Source of the DNA: the human T2T-CHM13v2.0 reference genome, Homo sapiens
Direction: 5' to 3' (one strand)
DNA length: 64,000 nt
Assembly (NCBI RefSeq): GCF_009914755.1
Contig: NC_060940.1
Part shown: piece after piece, positions 31,316-62,752 of the stretch
How positions within the stretch are numbered: position 1 is the first letter of the stretch
Layout of the letters: every line of letters starts with the position of its first letter
Made by a program: the position numbers and the translations under genes
Notes under the pieces: model-generated
What the model saw: only the letters and a program-made list of their open reading frames with translations
What the model was told of the DNA's origin: nothing
Database searches by the model: none

Positions 31316-31977
31316 TCAAAAAACTCCCCCAAAAACCAAAAAACCCAAACAAAAATAATTCCCCCATAAGAGGCACAAGCCAAAGAGCCAATTGATACGG
31401 TACTATGCAATCAATGCCTGTTGATCTTTCCTGACCTTTTGATCACTCAGTCTTCTAAAATGGACAGCTATACAATTATATTCATTCCACAATCATTTGA
31501 AAGACAATGCAGTAAATATCAAGCCATCACCTCCTATTAGGATTTCAAAGCTCTTTAGGATATGAAATAAATACCAGAAAATATAAATGTTTGGCTTGAA
31601 GACAAATGGCAGGTAAACAACAGTGCAGGTTAGGAGAGCTGGCTCCTACAGAACTCTAATCACTCTTAAGGTGTCTGTAACTCAGGCAACATTAAGATAC
31701 ATATAATCATCAACTATGTATGAAAAACTATGCATGAGGCACCCACATAAAGAAAACAAAACCATCCTGCTGGAATGTGACTTTACAATTTGTTAAATGG
31801 CCCATGTAGCATTTCCCCCCAGTGAACCCAAGGCAAGGCCTTAGAATCCTCAAGGTAGCTCTCCAGCTACCCACAGGGAGGGACTGGCGGTGACACATTA
31901 GATAAAACCCACTGTCCATCCTTGGCTAGAGGCAGGTAAGTAGCAAGTGATTTTTGAGATCAGTGAAGAGCTTAGCT

Positions 31978-32185
31978 CAGCAGGGTTTCTTGACCACCGC
32001 CCTCCGCCCTATTGACATTTGGACCAGATAACTTTTCATTGTGGGGGCTGCACTGTGCACTGCAGGATATGGAGAGGCACCTCTGGCCTGCAGCACTCTA
32101 TTCCCAGTTGTGTCAACCAAAAATATTTCCAGACATTGTCAAATGTCCCCAAGGGGGCAAAACTACCCTGATTAAAAACCACGGG
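31978..32185 (+). mobile_element. MER20 (hAT-Charlie) element
   Basis: ATTGACATTTGGACCAGATAA...GGGGCTGCACTGTGCACTGCAGGAT...CCAAAAATATTTCCAGACATTGTCAAATGTCCCC...AAAAACCAC. Confidence 0.8.
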
Positions 32186-32293
32186 CTTTACCAAAGCACA
32201 GAGGCTTTATAAGAGCCATGATGGCCGGGCGTGGTAGCTCACACCTGTAATCCCACCACTTTGGGAGGTCGAAGTGGGCTAATCACGAGGTCA

Positions 32294-32548
<255 letters not shown>

Positions 32549-33059
32549 TTAAAGCTATAAAGACAGATGAGGGAAACCCTTTGGGGAATTTGACACCAGA
32601 CTAAGGACTTAACAAAAGATCTAAAGTGCCAGTATAGGTTTTGAGCAGTAACGGTTGTCATGACATTATTCCACAGGCCCCACCTGACACTCCTAGTTGG
32701 AATACAAACTGGAAAACCACCTTTTTGCAGGGTAATTTGGAAGTCAAATGTGCATGGCCCTTGCTGCAACAATTTTACTTCCGGGGATACACCCCACAGA
32801 AAAGCATAGGTAGGCAAGGACAGAGGTAACAAGAAGGTCCCAACAGCATTGTCCATAATATCAAAAACTAGAAGTCACCTGCATGGCTATCACTGCAGAA
32901 TTTGGAAAACACATTCTGTGCACCCATGTAATACTACAAAGTCCCATTAAAATATGCAATAGATGGGCTGGGCACAGTGGCTCACGCCTGTAATCCCAGC
33001 ACTCTGGGAGGCTGAGGTAGGCAGATCACGAGGTCAGAAGATTGAGACCATCCTGGCTA

Positions 33060-33503
<444 letters not shown>

Positions 33504-35239
33504 CTAGCCAACATGGTGAAACACTGTCTCTCCTAAAAATACGTAAAAATTAGCCGGGCGTGGTGGCAAATGCCTGTAATCCCAGCTACTCAGGAGGCTG
33601 AAGCCCGAGAATCGCTTGAACCCAGGAGGCAGAGGTCACAATGAGCCGAGGGCAAGAGAGCTAGACTTTAAAAAGAAAAACAAGGTAAGAAAAAACAAAG
33701 CTTTTGTTTTCACAAGAACTGCTCAGGAAGAATGAGCTTATTGGGATAAACAATTTAAAAGAGACCAGTCAGGGGCATCAATCCGCTTGAGGGGATTAGA
33801 AAGGGGGAGGAGAGGAGGACCAGAAGCTTTACTGAAGCTGTATTAGCACTGTAAGCACACTGTTAGTGTGTGTGTTTTTTCCCCCAGATCAATGAAAACC
33901 ACAGTTTTATGAAGGTATTTTTATTCCCTTTACACAGGCTTCTTAATCTTGTTGAGAAGCTGGATTTAAGGGGCTATTGGAGATAGGGGTGGAGCCAAAT
34001 CCCCTTAACCCACCCTTGACATTGTCACAGATGACTGCTCAAATTCTTCGCCCATTTTGAGTTAATAAAGCTTCAATTCAGAGCATATTCTGAACACTTC
34101 CAGTGAGAGTGCTCAGGTCTTGTTTTGGATAAATGGTTCTCGGTGAAAACATCAAGGATGCCCCAATTAGGTCTCAATGCTTATTAAAAATAACAAATGA
34201 GGCCGGGCACAGTGGGTCACATCTGTAATACCAGCACTTTGGAGGCTGAGGCGGGTGGATCATCTGAGGTTAGGAGTTCCAGAACAGCCAGGCCAACACG
34301 GCGAAACCGTCTCGACCAAAAAATATAAAAATTAGCTAGGTGGGGTGGCGCAAGCCTGTAATCCTGGCGACTCAGGAGTCTTCCTCCACCAATGAAAAAA
34401 GTCACCCTTAGTCAATAGTGTCAATCAGAAATTGAGGGCAGGATTCTTGGTCCTCAGGGTTTCAGCCCCCACCTCTTCCACAACAAACCCATATCCTCCT
34501 GCAGTTTCTCTTCTAGCCGCCATTAGGCCAGGAGCTATTCCTGCCTTTCGCTGCCCAGAGACGCACCCTCCCTGGCTGGCAGCAACTCCAGAGGGAGCAG
34601 TGCCTGCATCTGGATACTGCTCCTCCCTAACAAATGTGCACCTGCCAGAGCTCTGGTGCCCACACAAATCTCTCCTGCCTGGGCAGCTACTGTGGCCCCT
34701 GGATCAGTCAAGAGTGGCCTGGCCTCCCAGCTGAGGCCCCCTGTCCACCACCCACCGCCAGCTCATCCCCAAGCCCCCACACAGCACCATGCTTCTCTTC
34801 CAAAGCAGAAAGACCATCTTCTATCCCGAGTCCTCACGTGCCACTCCCAAATCAATCTGATCCTGACTACCCCAACACCTAGTCTACAGAAAATTCTATG
34901 ATGGCATCAGGAATTCACTGGTCCAAAGTGGACAAATGGGATGCAAACCTGCCTCCAAGAACTCAGAACAATCTTCACCTGGCTGCTGTCTGCCCCATAC
35001 TGACCTGAGATCAGCCCTGGGTCCCTGCTATCCAGGGCTTCTGCTGGAGCTGCCAGAGTTTTAGAGATAAGCTCTGCTTTCTGCAGTAACTCAAGGCACT
35101 GCTGGAGCCTGGCTTCCTACCAGCTGCCGCAGAACCACTGAGGCCTTGAACTGGGAGGCAAAGCCTTAATATCCCAGAAACACACGAAGCTGGTAATTTC
35201 CAGGAAAGCAGGTTGGAACACAGGTATGCCATCCAAGTG

Positions 35240-35527
35240 CTAAGGGCTGAATTATGTGCCCCTACTATTCCTGTGTTAAACCCTACAGGACTGTGGTCTT
35301 AGGAGAGGAAGAGATTCTCAATATCTTGATACCTCTCTCTCTCTGCCATGTGAAGACATGGTGAGAAGGCAGCCATCTGCAAGTCAGGAAGAGGGTCTTC
35401 ACCAGAACCCAACCATCCTGGCACCCTAATCCCAGCCTTCCAGCCTCCAGAACTGAGGAGATAATGTCTGTTATTTAAGACAGCTAGTCTGTGGTATTTT
35501 GTTATGGCGGCCCATGCTGAGACAAAA
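35240..35527 (+). mobile_element. MLT1A/B-like MaLR LTR
   Basis: GCCATGTGAAGACATGGTGAGAAGGCAGCCATCTGCAAGTCAGGAAGAGGGTCTTCACCAGAACC...CCAGCCTCCAGAACTG...GTGGTATTTTGTTATGGC. Confidence 0.75.
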
Positions 35528-36182
35528 ATGTCACCCATCCCCACTTCCCTAGGAGCACAGCCCCTGCCCCAGGAGGCCTGCTAAGTCACCAACCCACATC
35601 TCAATTTTCCAAAAAGCTTAAAGGCCAATTTGTAAACAGCGTCCGGCATACACAGCAGGCCAACACCTCTCTGAGGTTCTGAGAAAGGGAGGAGGCACAC
35701 CGCACCCCCTACAACCCTGAGCCACATCCATTAGCTCCTTCACTATGTATTTTATATAGCATCACTAAAGTCATTTCAAGTAGGAAAAAAAGGTTTATTA
35801 TAGATGAGTAGAGGAGTACAGCTTATAAAACACTTTCACATGAGGTTATTACAGGACTCTAAATAGCAAAGGCAAACCTGAATCTAAAACGCTTTTTAAA
35901 AAACTAAGTGATTTCCCTTTAATCTACTGCACCTTAATTTGCCATCTATTTAATAGCTATTTATCGATTGTCATACAGTACTTTTCATTTCGCTGGCTCA
36001 AAACTCTCTCAAATCTTTGTCTACATATCTTACAGTATTTATTTGTTCACTGCTTTAAAGCAAGTATATTACTTCGGCTTTGTTTACTTTGGCAGCTAAA
36101 GGCACATCATCTCCCTATGGTGAAGGTAAATCAGGTAATTAATCTGTAATACAATATGATATTGGAAAATGAGATTAAGCAT

Positions 36183-36650
36183 TGTGGTAGAATGGGCTCC
36201 CAAAGGTGTTCGCATCTCCATCTCCAAAACCTGTGAATAGATTAACCCACATGGGAAAAGGGACATTGTGGTGACTAAAGTAAGGATCTTCCAAAAGGAG
36301 ATTGTCTTGGATTTTCCAGTTAGGTCTAATGTAATCACAGGGTCTTTGTAAGACCAAGGTAGGAGATAAGAGTCAGAGAGATTTGAAGATGTTATGCCGC
36401 TGGCTATGAAGAAGAAGAGCAGGCCAAGCATCAGGGAATGTACGTGGCCTCTAAATGCTGGAAAAGGCAAGCAAAGTTCTTATTACAAGCTCCAGAAGGA
36501 ACACAGCCCTGCTAAACCTTGGTTTTAGCCCACACACACCCAATTTGGACTTCTGACCTTCATAACTGTAAGACAATAAAATCTGTATGGCTTTAAGCTG
36601 CTAAATTTGTGGAATTAATTACAGTAGCAATAGCAGTCATAAAAACACTA
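36183..36650 (+). mobile_element. MLT1D-like MaLR LTR
   Basis: TGTGGTAGAATGGGCTCCCAAAG...GCTGGAAAAGGCAAG...CCAGAAGGAACACAGCCCTGC...GGACTTCTGACCT...ACTGTAAGACAATAAA. Confidence 0.75.
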
Positions 36651-36727
36651 AAAAGTTAATCACTGATCAATCAAATAAATATACATTGATCTCATTCTAT
36701 AGGCTGACATATCAGTAAAAAGACTAA

Positions 36728-37103
<376 letters not shown>

Positions 37104-37644
37104 TAAGATACATATTCAGAGAGATACTGCAGTGAAAGAACAGACACAGAGAGCAGAATCCTCTAGTGGATTCTGTATTAACAAAAGCGGTCTATAATGG
37201 CTGGCTCCCTGGCCTCTAACCTCCACAGCAGAGTCACCTAACTCCCAACCAAGGCCTCATGACCAACCTGGCCCAAAATGGCAGCAATGCAAAGAACCTG
37301 AGCCAAGTGGGCAGCATGAGGCTCAGTACTCAGCCCTCCTTCCAGCTGGCCCCACTCTCATCTTGTGTTTCAGTGAACAACTGGGTCAACACAGCCAGTT
37401 CCTCTGAAGCTGGGGTTCTAAGCAGACCACATGAGTCCTCCTGGGGATTAACACTCTTATGTAGTCTTGGCAGGGCGTGGTGGCTCACACCTGTAATCCC
37501 AGCACTTTAGGAGGCCGAGGTAGGAGGATCACCTGAGGTCAGGAGTTCAAGACCAGCCTGGCCAACACAGTGAAACCCCATCTCTACTAAAACTACAAAA
37601 TTTAGCCGGGTTTGGTGGTGTCTGCCTCTAATCCCAGCTACTCA

Positions 37645-37800
<156 letters not shown>

Positions 37801-38229
37801 CTATCCTGATACTAATCACCCATCAGCCTGCAGCCCTGCACCCTCTCTTGCCAAACCCCACCTCCTGGCCTGGAGGTCCAACTGTCCTCTCTACTCCTCC
37901 CTAACAAGATGATGTGCCCACTGAACTACCAACTGTAGATAACCACCTCTCTCTGGATACTGCCTGCCTGCTCCTCCCTGGTTCCTGGGTGTGCCCCTGG
38001 CCTGCCTCACCTCAGTGGTCTCTGCATCCTAGCCTGACCAGACCTTGTCTGTCCTGATGGGGCCTTCCATCTACTCTCCATGCAAAGCCGGTAAGTTTCT
38101 TAAGTTTCTTCTTTGTACAAAGAACGTTTCTTCTCAGGATGATGCAAATATTCTCAAATTAATTGTGATAGTTGTATAACTCTGTAAATATACTAAAAAC
38201 CACTGGATTGTACACTTTTTTAAAAAGTC

Positions 38230-38710
38230 AGAATCATCCCATCTCTGTTCAAAATTCCCCAGTAGAGCCCTCCAGGATCTACCCTCCCCTCCTCCTCTGT
38301 GCGTTGCCGACACAGTCCCTCCAGGCACCCTGGGCTCCTCAGTGTTTCTTCTGCAAGCTCCTGTTTCAGGGCCTCTGAATCTGCTGCTCCCTGGCCTAGA
38401 ACACATGCTCTTCCCCAAGCAGCTGTTGGCTCATTACTCACTTTCTTCAGATTTTGACTCCAATATCATCACCATCCAGGGCCTCCCCATCACTTTACAG
38501 CAAACAGCAATCCACCCCCACCACACAGGCCCTGCCCCTTCCCAGGCCCCTCACCACCAGCTGTTTTGTTTTTCTCTCTCCCCATTGGAATGAAAGTTCC
38601 ACGTGGGAAGGGGCTTTGCTTTGTTACTATGGCATCTTGACTTGGTGCCTAGAAAACAACAGGCACACAATCAACACTGAGCAAATATTTTTTGAGTGAA
38701 TGAATAAATG
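38230..38710 (+). mobile_element. L2 3' remnant
   Basis: Degenerate L2 tail ending CAGGCACACAATCAACACTGAGCAAATATTTTTTGAGTGAATGAATAAATG. Confidence 0.55.
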
Positions 38711-38833
38711 ACTGGTCCAAGTGTGACCAGTCTTGATTCCTGCAAGGATGACACAAAAACATTACTGGGTTTTTAATTATCACTAGATCTAATTTGACAC
38801 TGATTTAGTGAAATCTGTATCTTCTGAAGATGA

Positions 38834-39251
<418 letters not shown>

Positions 39252-39939
39252 TAGTCATTTAGATGTCTACCCAACCCTCCGTAGGTAAATGGCTAAACTG
39301 CAAATACAGGTAATAAAGAAAAAATCAATTCAGTACTTCCTGGTATACATAAATATGTCAGAATACTTCAGAACAATGATTCTGCCATAATGAGTTGGCA
39401 TACACTGCAAGTAACCTTTTCTGTGGGGCCAAAATATCAATACAACAGATTCAGGACAATGAATGCAACTCCTGTTAAGCAGATTTTGGTGTCTCAAATA
39501 GGATATAACTTCATGTATTTATTACACCCATTATTCCTGCCAAAGATGAGACACAGCAGGGAGGTTACGTGTTTACTACCAAATTCTGATCTACTTGGGG
39601 TCAAGGGCTATGCCTCATACCTGCTCATAACACCAGACCAGAGTTGGCACTTGGCCAAATGTATACTTACTGAATAAACGATCTCTGGTAATCGACATCA
39701 CAAGTTACATACCCATAACAGTAATCATAAACTCAAGAACATACTGAAGTTTAATATTTTCAGAAAAAAGTTCTGAAAGTAAAACAATTCACATGGCTAC
39801 AGATTACCTACTGTGATGTATTAAACCTATCCCAAATCCACTTATCTCAATCTTTTCTTAATGAAAGGGAACTAAAAGCCAGAGACTCAACAGACTATTC
39901 AGTTCCAACTTATGACCCTACATATGACGTTTAATTAAC

Positions 39940-41080
<1,141 letters not shown>

Positions 41081-41819
41081 CAGGAAAGGGGAAAATTAAG
41101 GAAACAAAGATTAATCTGGTCCCAGTAGTGTCTCCAGATTGCACGAACATTTCATTTTTCACACAGGGTCACCAGAATACCATCAATTTTTTGATATCAC
41201 TGTCAAAAGTGATCCTAGCACCTTCTGAAATAACGTGAGCTGCCAGATTCTCATTTCAGGAATGACCACAAGCGAACATCTGCATCTGACCCCAACCTGC
41301 CTGATGACCTTACCCGCTACTTCACAATCCCGTCCAGGAAAATCCCTGGGCACATAACACTGCAAGTCCCAGGTGTCCGCTGAACGGCGCCTGGCAGTCG
41401 CTGCCCAGGGGATGAGAAATCACAGGTGCCTTGTTTGGAACCAGAGTCTGGAATCTCGTCCTCCTTCCCTCTGCTCTGGTCCCTCATTGTTTATGAAGAC
41501 CTCAGTCCCCTCTGCTGGGAGCCCCACCTCCCCTTCCAGGGCCACGGGCTCTAGTCTTCTTGCCTTTCAAGGACCACACAAATAACTGTGCCTCCCCTCA
41601 AAGCTTTTCTCCTCCTTCCCAAGTGAAGTCCTCTCTCCTCCCTCCAGCTTTCAGGGCACGGAGCGCTCTTCCTGGCATTAGAATTCTGAGCAACCCTCCT
41701 AGCAGGCCCAGCTCAAGCCGCAGCGGGGAGGAAGAGTTCAAAGGAAGCTGTGCCAAAGATCTCGAAGGCTTAGTGGGAGACCCAGCAACAGGTGGCACCA
41801 GGTCTGGGAAAGATTCCTA

Positions 41820-42860
41820 GAAAGCGGAGCGGGTCTCGGAGGGGGAGGATTTAGCCCCAGGCGCCCGCGATCAGCGAACGAGCGCCTGCGCGGAGGGGCC
41901 GGGCTGCAGCCCCGGGGCAAGGGGAGCGCGAGCTCTGACTCCTCAGCGCGGCCGGGCCGCTCCGAGACCCCTCGAAGGAGGCCGGGCGCCGTGGGGCAAC
42001 CCAGGCAGGGCGGGGACCACAGCCTCCCGGGCTCGTGGGGTGCAGCTCTGAACCTGAGGCGCTCGGAAGCTCAAGGCCAAGACCCGCTCGGGTGGCGGCC
42101 GAGCGCCCTCCAGCCCCGGGCCCACCTGCGGCCGCTCTCTGCATCTCACGCCCAGCGGGACTCCGGGGCTCCGCCTCAGGGACCGCCGAAGAAGTGATGG
42201 GGAAAGGGGCTCCGGGCGAGCAGCACGGCCCCCCTCCCGGAGGACAGCTTCCCACGCCGCCAGCAGGCTGCGCACCCGGGACCCCGCCCAGACTCGGGGC
42301 GCCCACAGCACGGCAGCGGCGACGGCGGGGCGCGCAGTGCGCAGGCGCGGGGCGGGCCGTACCTGGGAAGGAGCAGAGGGAAGTAGAGTTGGGGCACAGG
42401 GTCCCGTTGCCCACCCGCGGCACAACCTTCAGGCTCAGGATCTGCTGCAGGAGCCCGGCCGACCCGCCGCTGCCGCCGCTCCCCTCGCGCTCCATCCCGT
42501 CGCCATTCACCACAGAGAAATGAGGGACGAGCGCCCGAAGTGCGGTAGCGGCCGGCGCCGACTCACCCTCGCCGCCTCAGCGTCACCTCCAGCCGGGGTC
42601 CTCTTCCCCCAATCCCAACGGCGCTGCCAAGTGACCGTTGCCTCCTCCAATCACAAGGCGCCGCAGCGCTCGGGCGCAGGGCCAGGGTTGTTCCCGCCCC
42701 CAACGTTGCGCAGGGCTCGCAGAGACACAGCCCCACGGACGCGCCCCCTCCTGGATGGCGCGCTCTGGGACCGCGCGCTCTGCTCTGCCTTTCTCTGCAG
42801 CGCCCCCTGTGAGAAAGTAGGGAATTGCATGCGCCCCAACAGAGCCGCGCTATGGAGTTA
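41820..42860. promoter_or_regulatory. TMEM170A: CpG island / promoter of TMEM170A
   Basis: Very GC/CpG-rich. CCAAT boxes at 42609-42613 and 42647-42651; NRF1-like TGCATGCGC at about 42826. Confidence 0.9.
42363..42495 (-). CDS. TMEM170A: TMEM170A (ER/nuclear-envelope membrane protein) coding exon 1
   Basis: Strong Kozak GGGATGG. Encodes MEREGSGGSGGSAGLLQQILSLKVVPRVGNGTLCPNSTSLCSFP+G (133 nt); donor CAG|GTACGG. Confidence 0.96.
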
Positions 42861-43069
42861 CCAGGGATCTGGAAAAATACAGTGATGGAACGGATATGTA
42901 AAGTTCTAGTTATGACTGGACTCCAGCATTTATGAAACCTTCATGAACAGAACAAGAACGTTCTCTATTTAAAGCTGATAGTAGAAAGAGCCCATGCAAA
43001 GTCTGGTGTGGGACCAGAATGGGAGGGAGGCTATGTAGCCTCTATAGAGCTCGACTTAGTTTTAAATAA

Positions 43070-43319
<250 letters not shown>

Positions 43320-43431
43320 TAGCCAGGATGGTCTCGATTTCCTGTCCTCGTGGATCACACATTTTTGTCTCACCTCCCTTCAGAAAGCCTGTTAAAATGA
43401 AGGCAGAGAAATCGTAAAAAGGAATAAGCTA

Positions 43432-43782
43432 ATGTTCAGTTTGTTTGCACTGCTGTAACAAAGTACCTGAGAGTGGGCAATTTATTAAGAACAGAAATTT
43501 ATTTTCTCACAGTTCTGGAAGCTGGGAGGTCCAAGATCAAGGTCGCAGCAGGTTCCATGTCTAAGGACGGCCCGTTCCTCACTGATAGCACCGCCCGGGC
43601 GTCCTCACACGGTAACAAAGGGAGCCCACTCTCCAAATCCCTTTTATAAGGGTCCTAATCCCATAACGGGGGCTCCACTCTTCTGACTTAATCGTCTCCT
43701 AAAGGCCCCTCCTCTCAGTACTATCGCATTCCCACGAAGTTTCAGGACATGAATTTGGGGGAACACGTTCAGACCATAGCAG
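43432..43782 (-). mobile_element. MST-like MaLR LTR
   Basis: CTGCTGTAACAAAGTACCTGAGAGTGGGCAATTTATTAAGAACAGAAATTTATTTTCTCACAGTTCTGGAAGCTGGGAGGTCCAAGATCAAGG...ACGTTCAGACCATAGCA. Confidence 0.8.
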
Positions 43783-43864
43783 CCATTAACAATAGTGTTC
43801 TGGAAGGGAAGTTACCAAGGATAAGTAATGTCCACAAGGTTCCAGGTGATGAAGAGGCTTGTGA

Positions 43865-49633
<5,769 letters not shown>

Positions 49634-49634
49634 G

Positions 49635-51855
<2,221 letters not shown>

Positions 51856-53267
51856 GCTCTGGTTCTTAAGGAACATGGTCTGAATAGAGTCATTCACAGA
51901 ATAAGGATTTGCACTGTGAGAGGATATTTAAATTGTAAGAGAATCTGCTGGGGGCAGGTGGTGCTTAAATCTAAATCCATTAACTTGTGAAGGTAGTGGG
52001 GATAACCCACTGGACCTCAGCATAGGGGTCACTCGACCTAAAGAAATTGCTCGCCTGATCCACTGGTGTGGAGTGGGCCTGTGGGTGAGGGACAGATTCC
52101 AGCCCATGGTGGTTTCAGTGTGTGATGAGTGAGATCATTCAGTAGAGGGCGCTGGGAGAACTGATGACTCGCACCGATCAGGAATATTGCATGCAATTTA
52201 GATCCAAGCGTAAAACACTAGACTACTAAAGTACTGGAAGCAAGCGTGAAGACCATTTTTATCACTGTAGCAGGACAAAGTCGTTTCAACAAGACATAAA
52301 ATCCACTGGCCATAAGGAAAGGATTCACATTCAACAATATGATAAACTAGGTGAAAGTTTTTGAAATTTGATTGTGATGAGGTGGTGATTTGATTTCACA
52401 GGTATATACAAATGTTTAATCAAACTTTACACTTTATGTGCAGATGTTGTATATCAATTATAGCTCAATGAAGCTTCTTTTTTTTTAAGAAGCCTGAGGG
52501 GAAAATGCCATAAAGTAAGTTAACAAAACAACAACAACAAAAAACAGATGACAAGCTAGGAGAAACCATTTGCACAACAAAAATAACAAAGCATATTCAA
52601 AAGAGGCTGTGGTAAGTCAACAGCAACATGGGCACAGCCTTGAACAATGAAAAAGGAATACAGTTGAGTCATAAGCATGAAAAGATGTTCAGCTGCCCCA
52701 GGAATTAAAGAAGTGCAGACTGAAACATCAAGTAACATTTTTCACCCATCAGGTAGGCAAAAATTAAAACCATTGATTTAACCCTGTAGAGGTGATGGGG
52801 CAGTTGTGGCAGTGGTGGGGCGCAGTCTGTAGGAGTGGGTGACAAAGGCACATCAAAGACAAAGCTAGGGGACACAGGGTCTGTAGTGGCCATGAGGAGT
52901 TGATACAGTGTTGATGTGGATAATATATCTTCTTGATGCAAAATAACAAAAATAAGGCCCACCATTGATTCCCCAACAGCCTCTTGAGAGGTGGGTTCTC
53001 TGACCTATTCCAGGCAACACTGTTTCTATGCACCCATCAGCCCATCTAGTGCTTTGATTGCCCCTTCTGAGCTCCCACAGCCAGAGCAGAGGCAGCAAGC
53101 GTGCCTGCCCCTAATTGTGGGTGACTGCTGGGCCTAGACACTTCTAGCTGCATCACAGGGCCTACAGGTAAGGGGAGACACTAATTACAGCCCTACCAGC
53201 AGGGAGGGAGCCTGGACCCTGGTGGAAATTGGAAGCTGGAGGTGCCAGGAGCCCTCCGTTCTCAAGT

Positions 53268-60117
<6,850 letters not shown>

Positions 60118-60260
60118 CTACCACCAGACCCGAGCATCCCATGAACATGATGGTCTCAGTGGGGAGCTCTCCCGGAAATGTGGCCTTAAGACATAACTCA
60201 GGATCCAGTCTAGCTGAGAGCAAAAGTACAAATGCAGAATGCGGTCGGAAATCTGTCTAC

Positions 60261-60320
60261 ATGTGAGTCCTACCTTCTTAATGTGAGTCCTACCTTCTTA
60301 ATGTGAGTCCTACCTTCTTA
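60261..60320. repeat. Perfect 3 x 20-bp tandem repeat (ATGTGAGTCCTACCTTCTTA)
   Basis: Three identical consecutive copies. Confidence 0.97.
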
Positions 60321-60835
60321 GTTCTACCTACCCACATTACCATTGTCTATTTGGAGAGGGAAATATATTTCAAACGGAATTCCTGTCTTTTGCTTAAGAA
60401 TTCCTGTAAGGAAACTCTTTTAGGTTGTTGAACTGATGGGCGCTCTGGTGGATGTCACAGCACGGCCAGGCTCCCTGAGGCTCTTCCACTCCGTAGCCTG
60501 TGGTCTTTTTCCTTTTTTAATCTCCCACACTACACTGACATACATAGCCTGTGATCTTGAACAAAATATTGGATCGCCCCGTGACTCAGTTTACCCATCT
60601 GCAAAAGGGAGATGATACCAGCACATAATACAGGATTTAAGTGGATTATTGGAAAATGGGAACATGTTTGAATATCCTGGATGGACAGGAGAGACATGTA
60701 GTAATGTCCCTAACTGAAGAGTGCCCTTGCTACAGCGTGTGCTTCTGCAGTGTATGATTTTTTTTTTTTTTAAATAGACAGGTATAACTTTTCTTATGGA
60801 AAATAACTTTTCTTATTGAAAATAAGCAAATAGGC

Positions 60836-62105
<1,270 letters not shown>

Positions 62106-62458
62106 TCACACTCTACAGGGGAAGATAGCCCCAAAAGCGACACAACTTCTCTGAGGCTCGATTTCCACTTCTGTAGGATGGGATGTGCAACATTTAACCT
62201 CTTAGGGCTATTGTGAGATGCTGCTGCAAACACCTATGAAGAGGGGGCCTGGGAAAGCATTCCTTACACACATGCCCCCATTACTGTTACTGTCCCTGTG
62301 CTGAGCTACTGTTTGGAGAGGAGGAACCCCTCCCCCTGGGGAGTCTCCCCCCAGAGGAGACACCCACAGGCCACCTACTCTTCCAATCCCAGTATCTCAC
62401 AGGCCACCCTCTGGCCTCCAACCACCAGCCCTTTCGTGGACCTTAAGAATGTCACATA

Positions 62459-62752
<294 letters not shown>

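Noticed and set aside
41851-42513. 220-aa single-exon ORF beginning with the TMEM170A N-terminus
   Set aside because: Read-through of the exon 1 donor into GC-rich intron giving low-complexity sequence.
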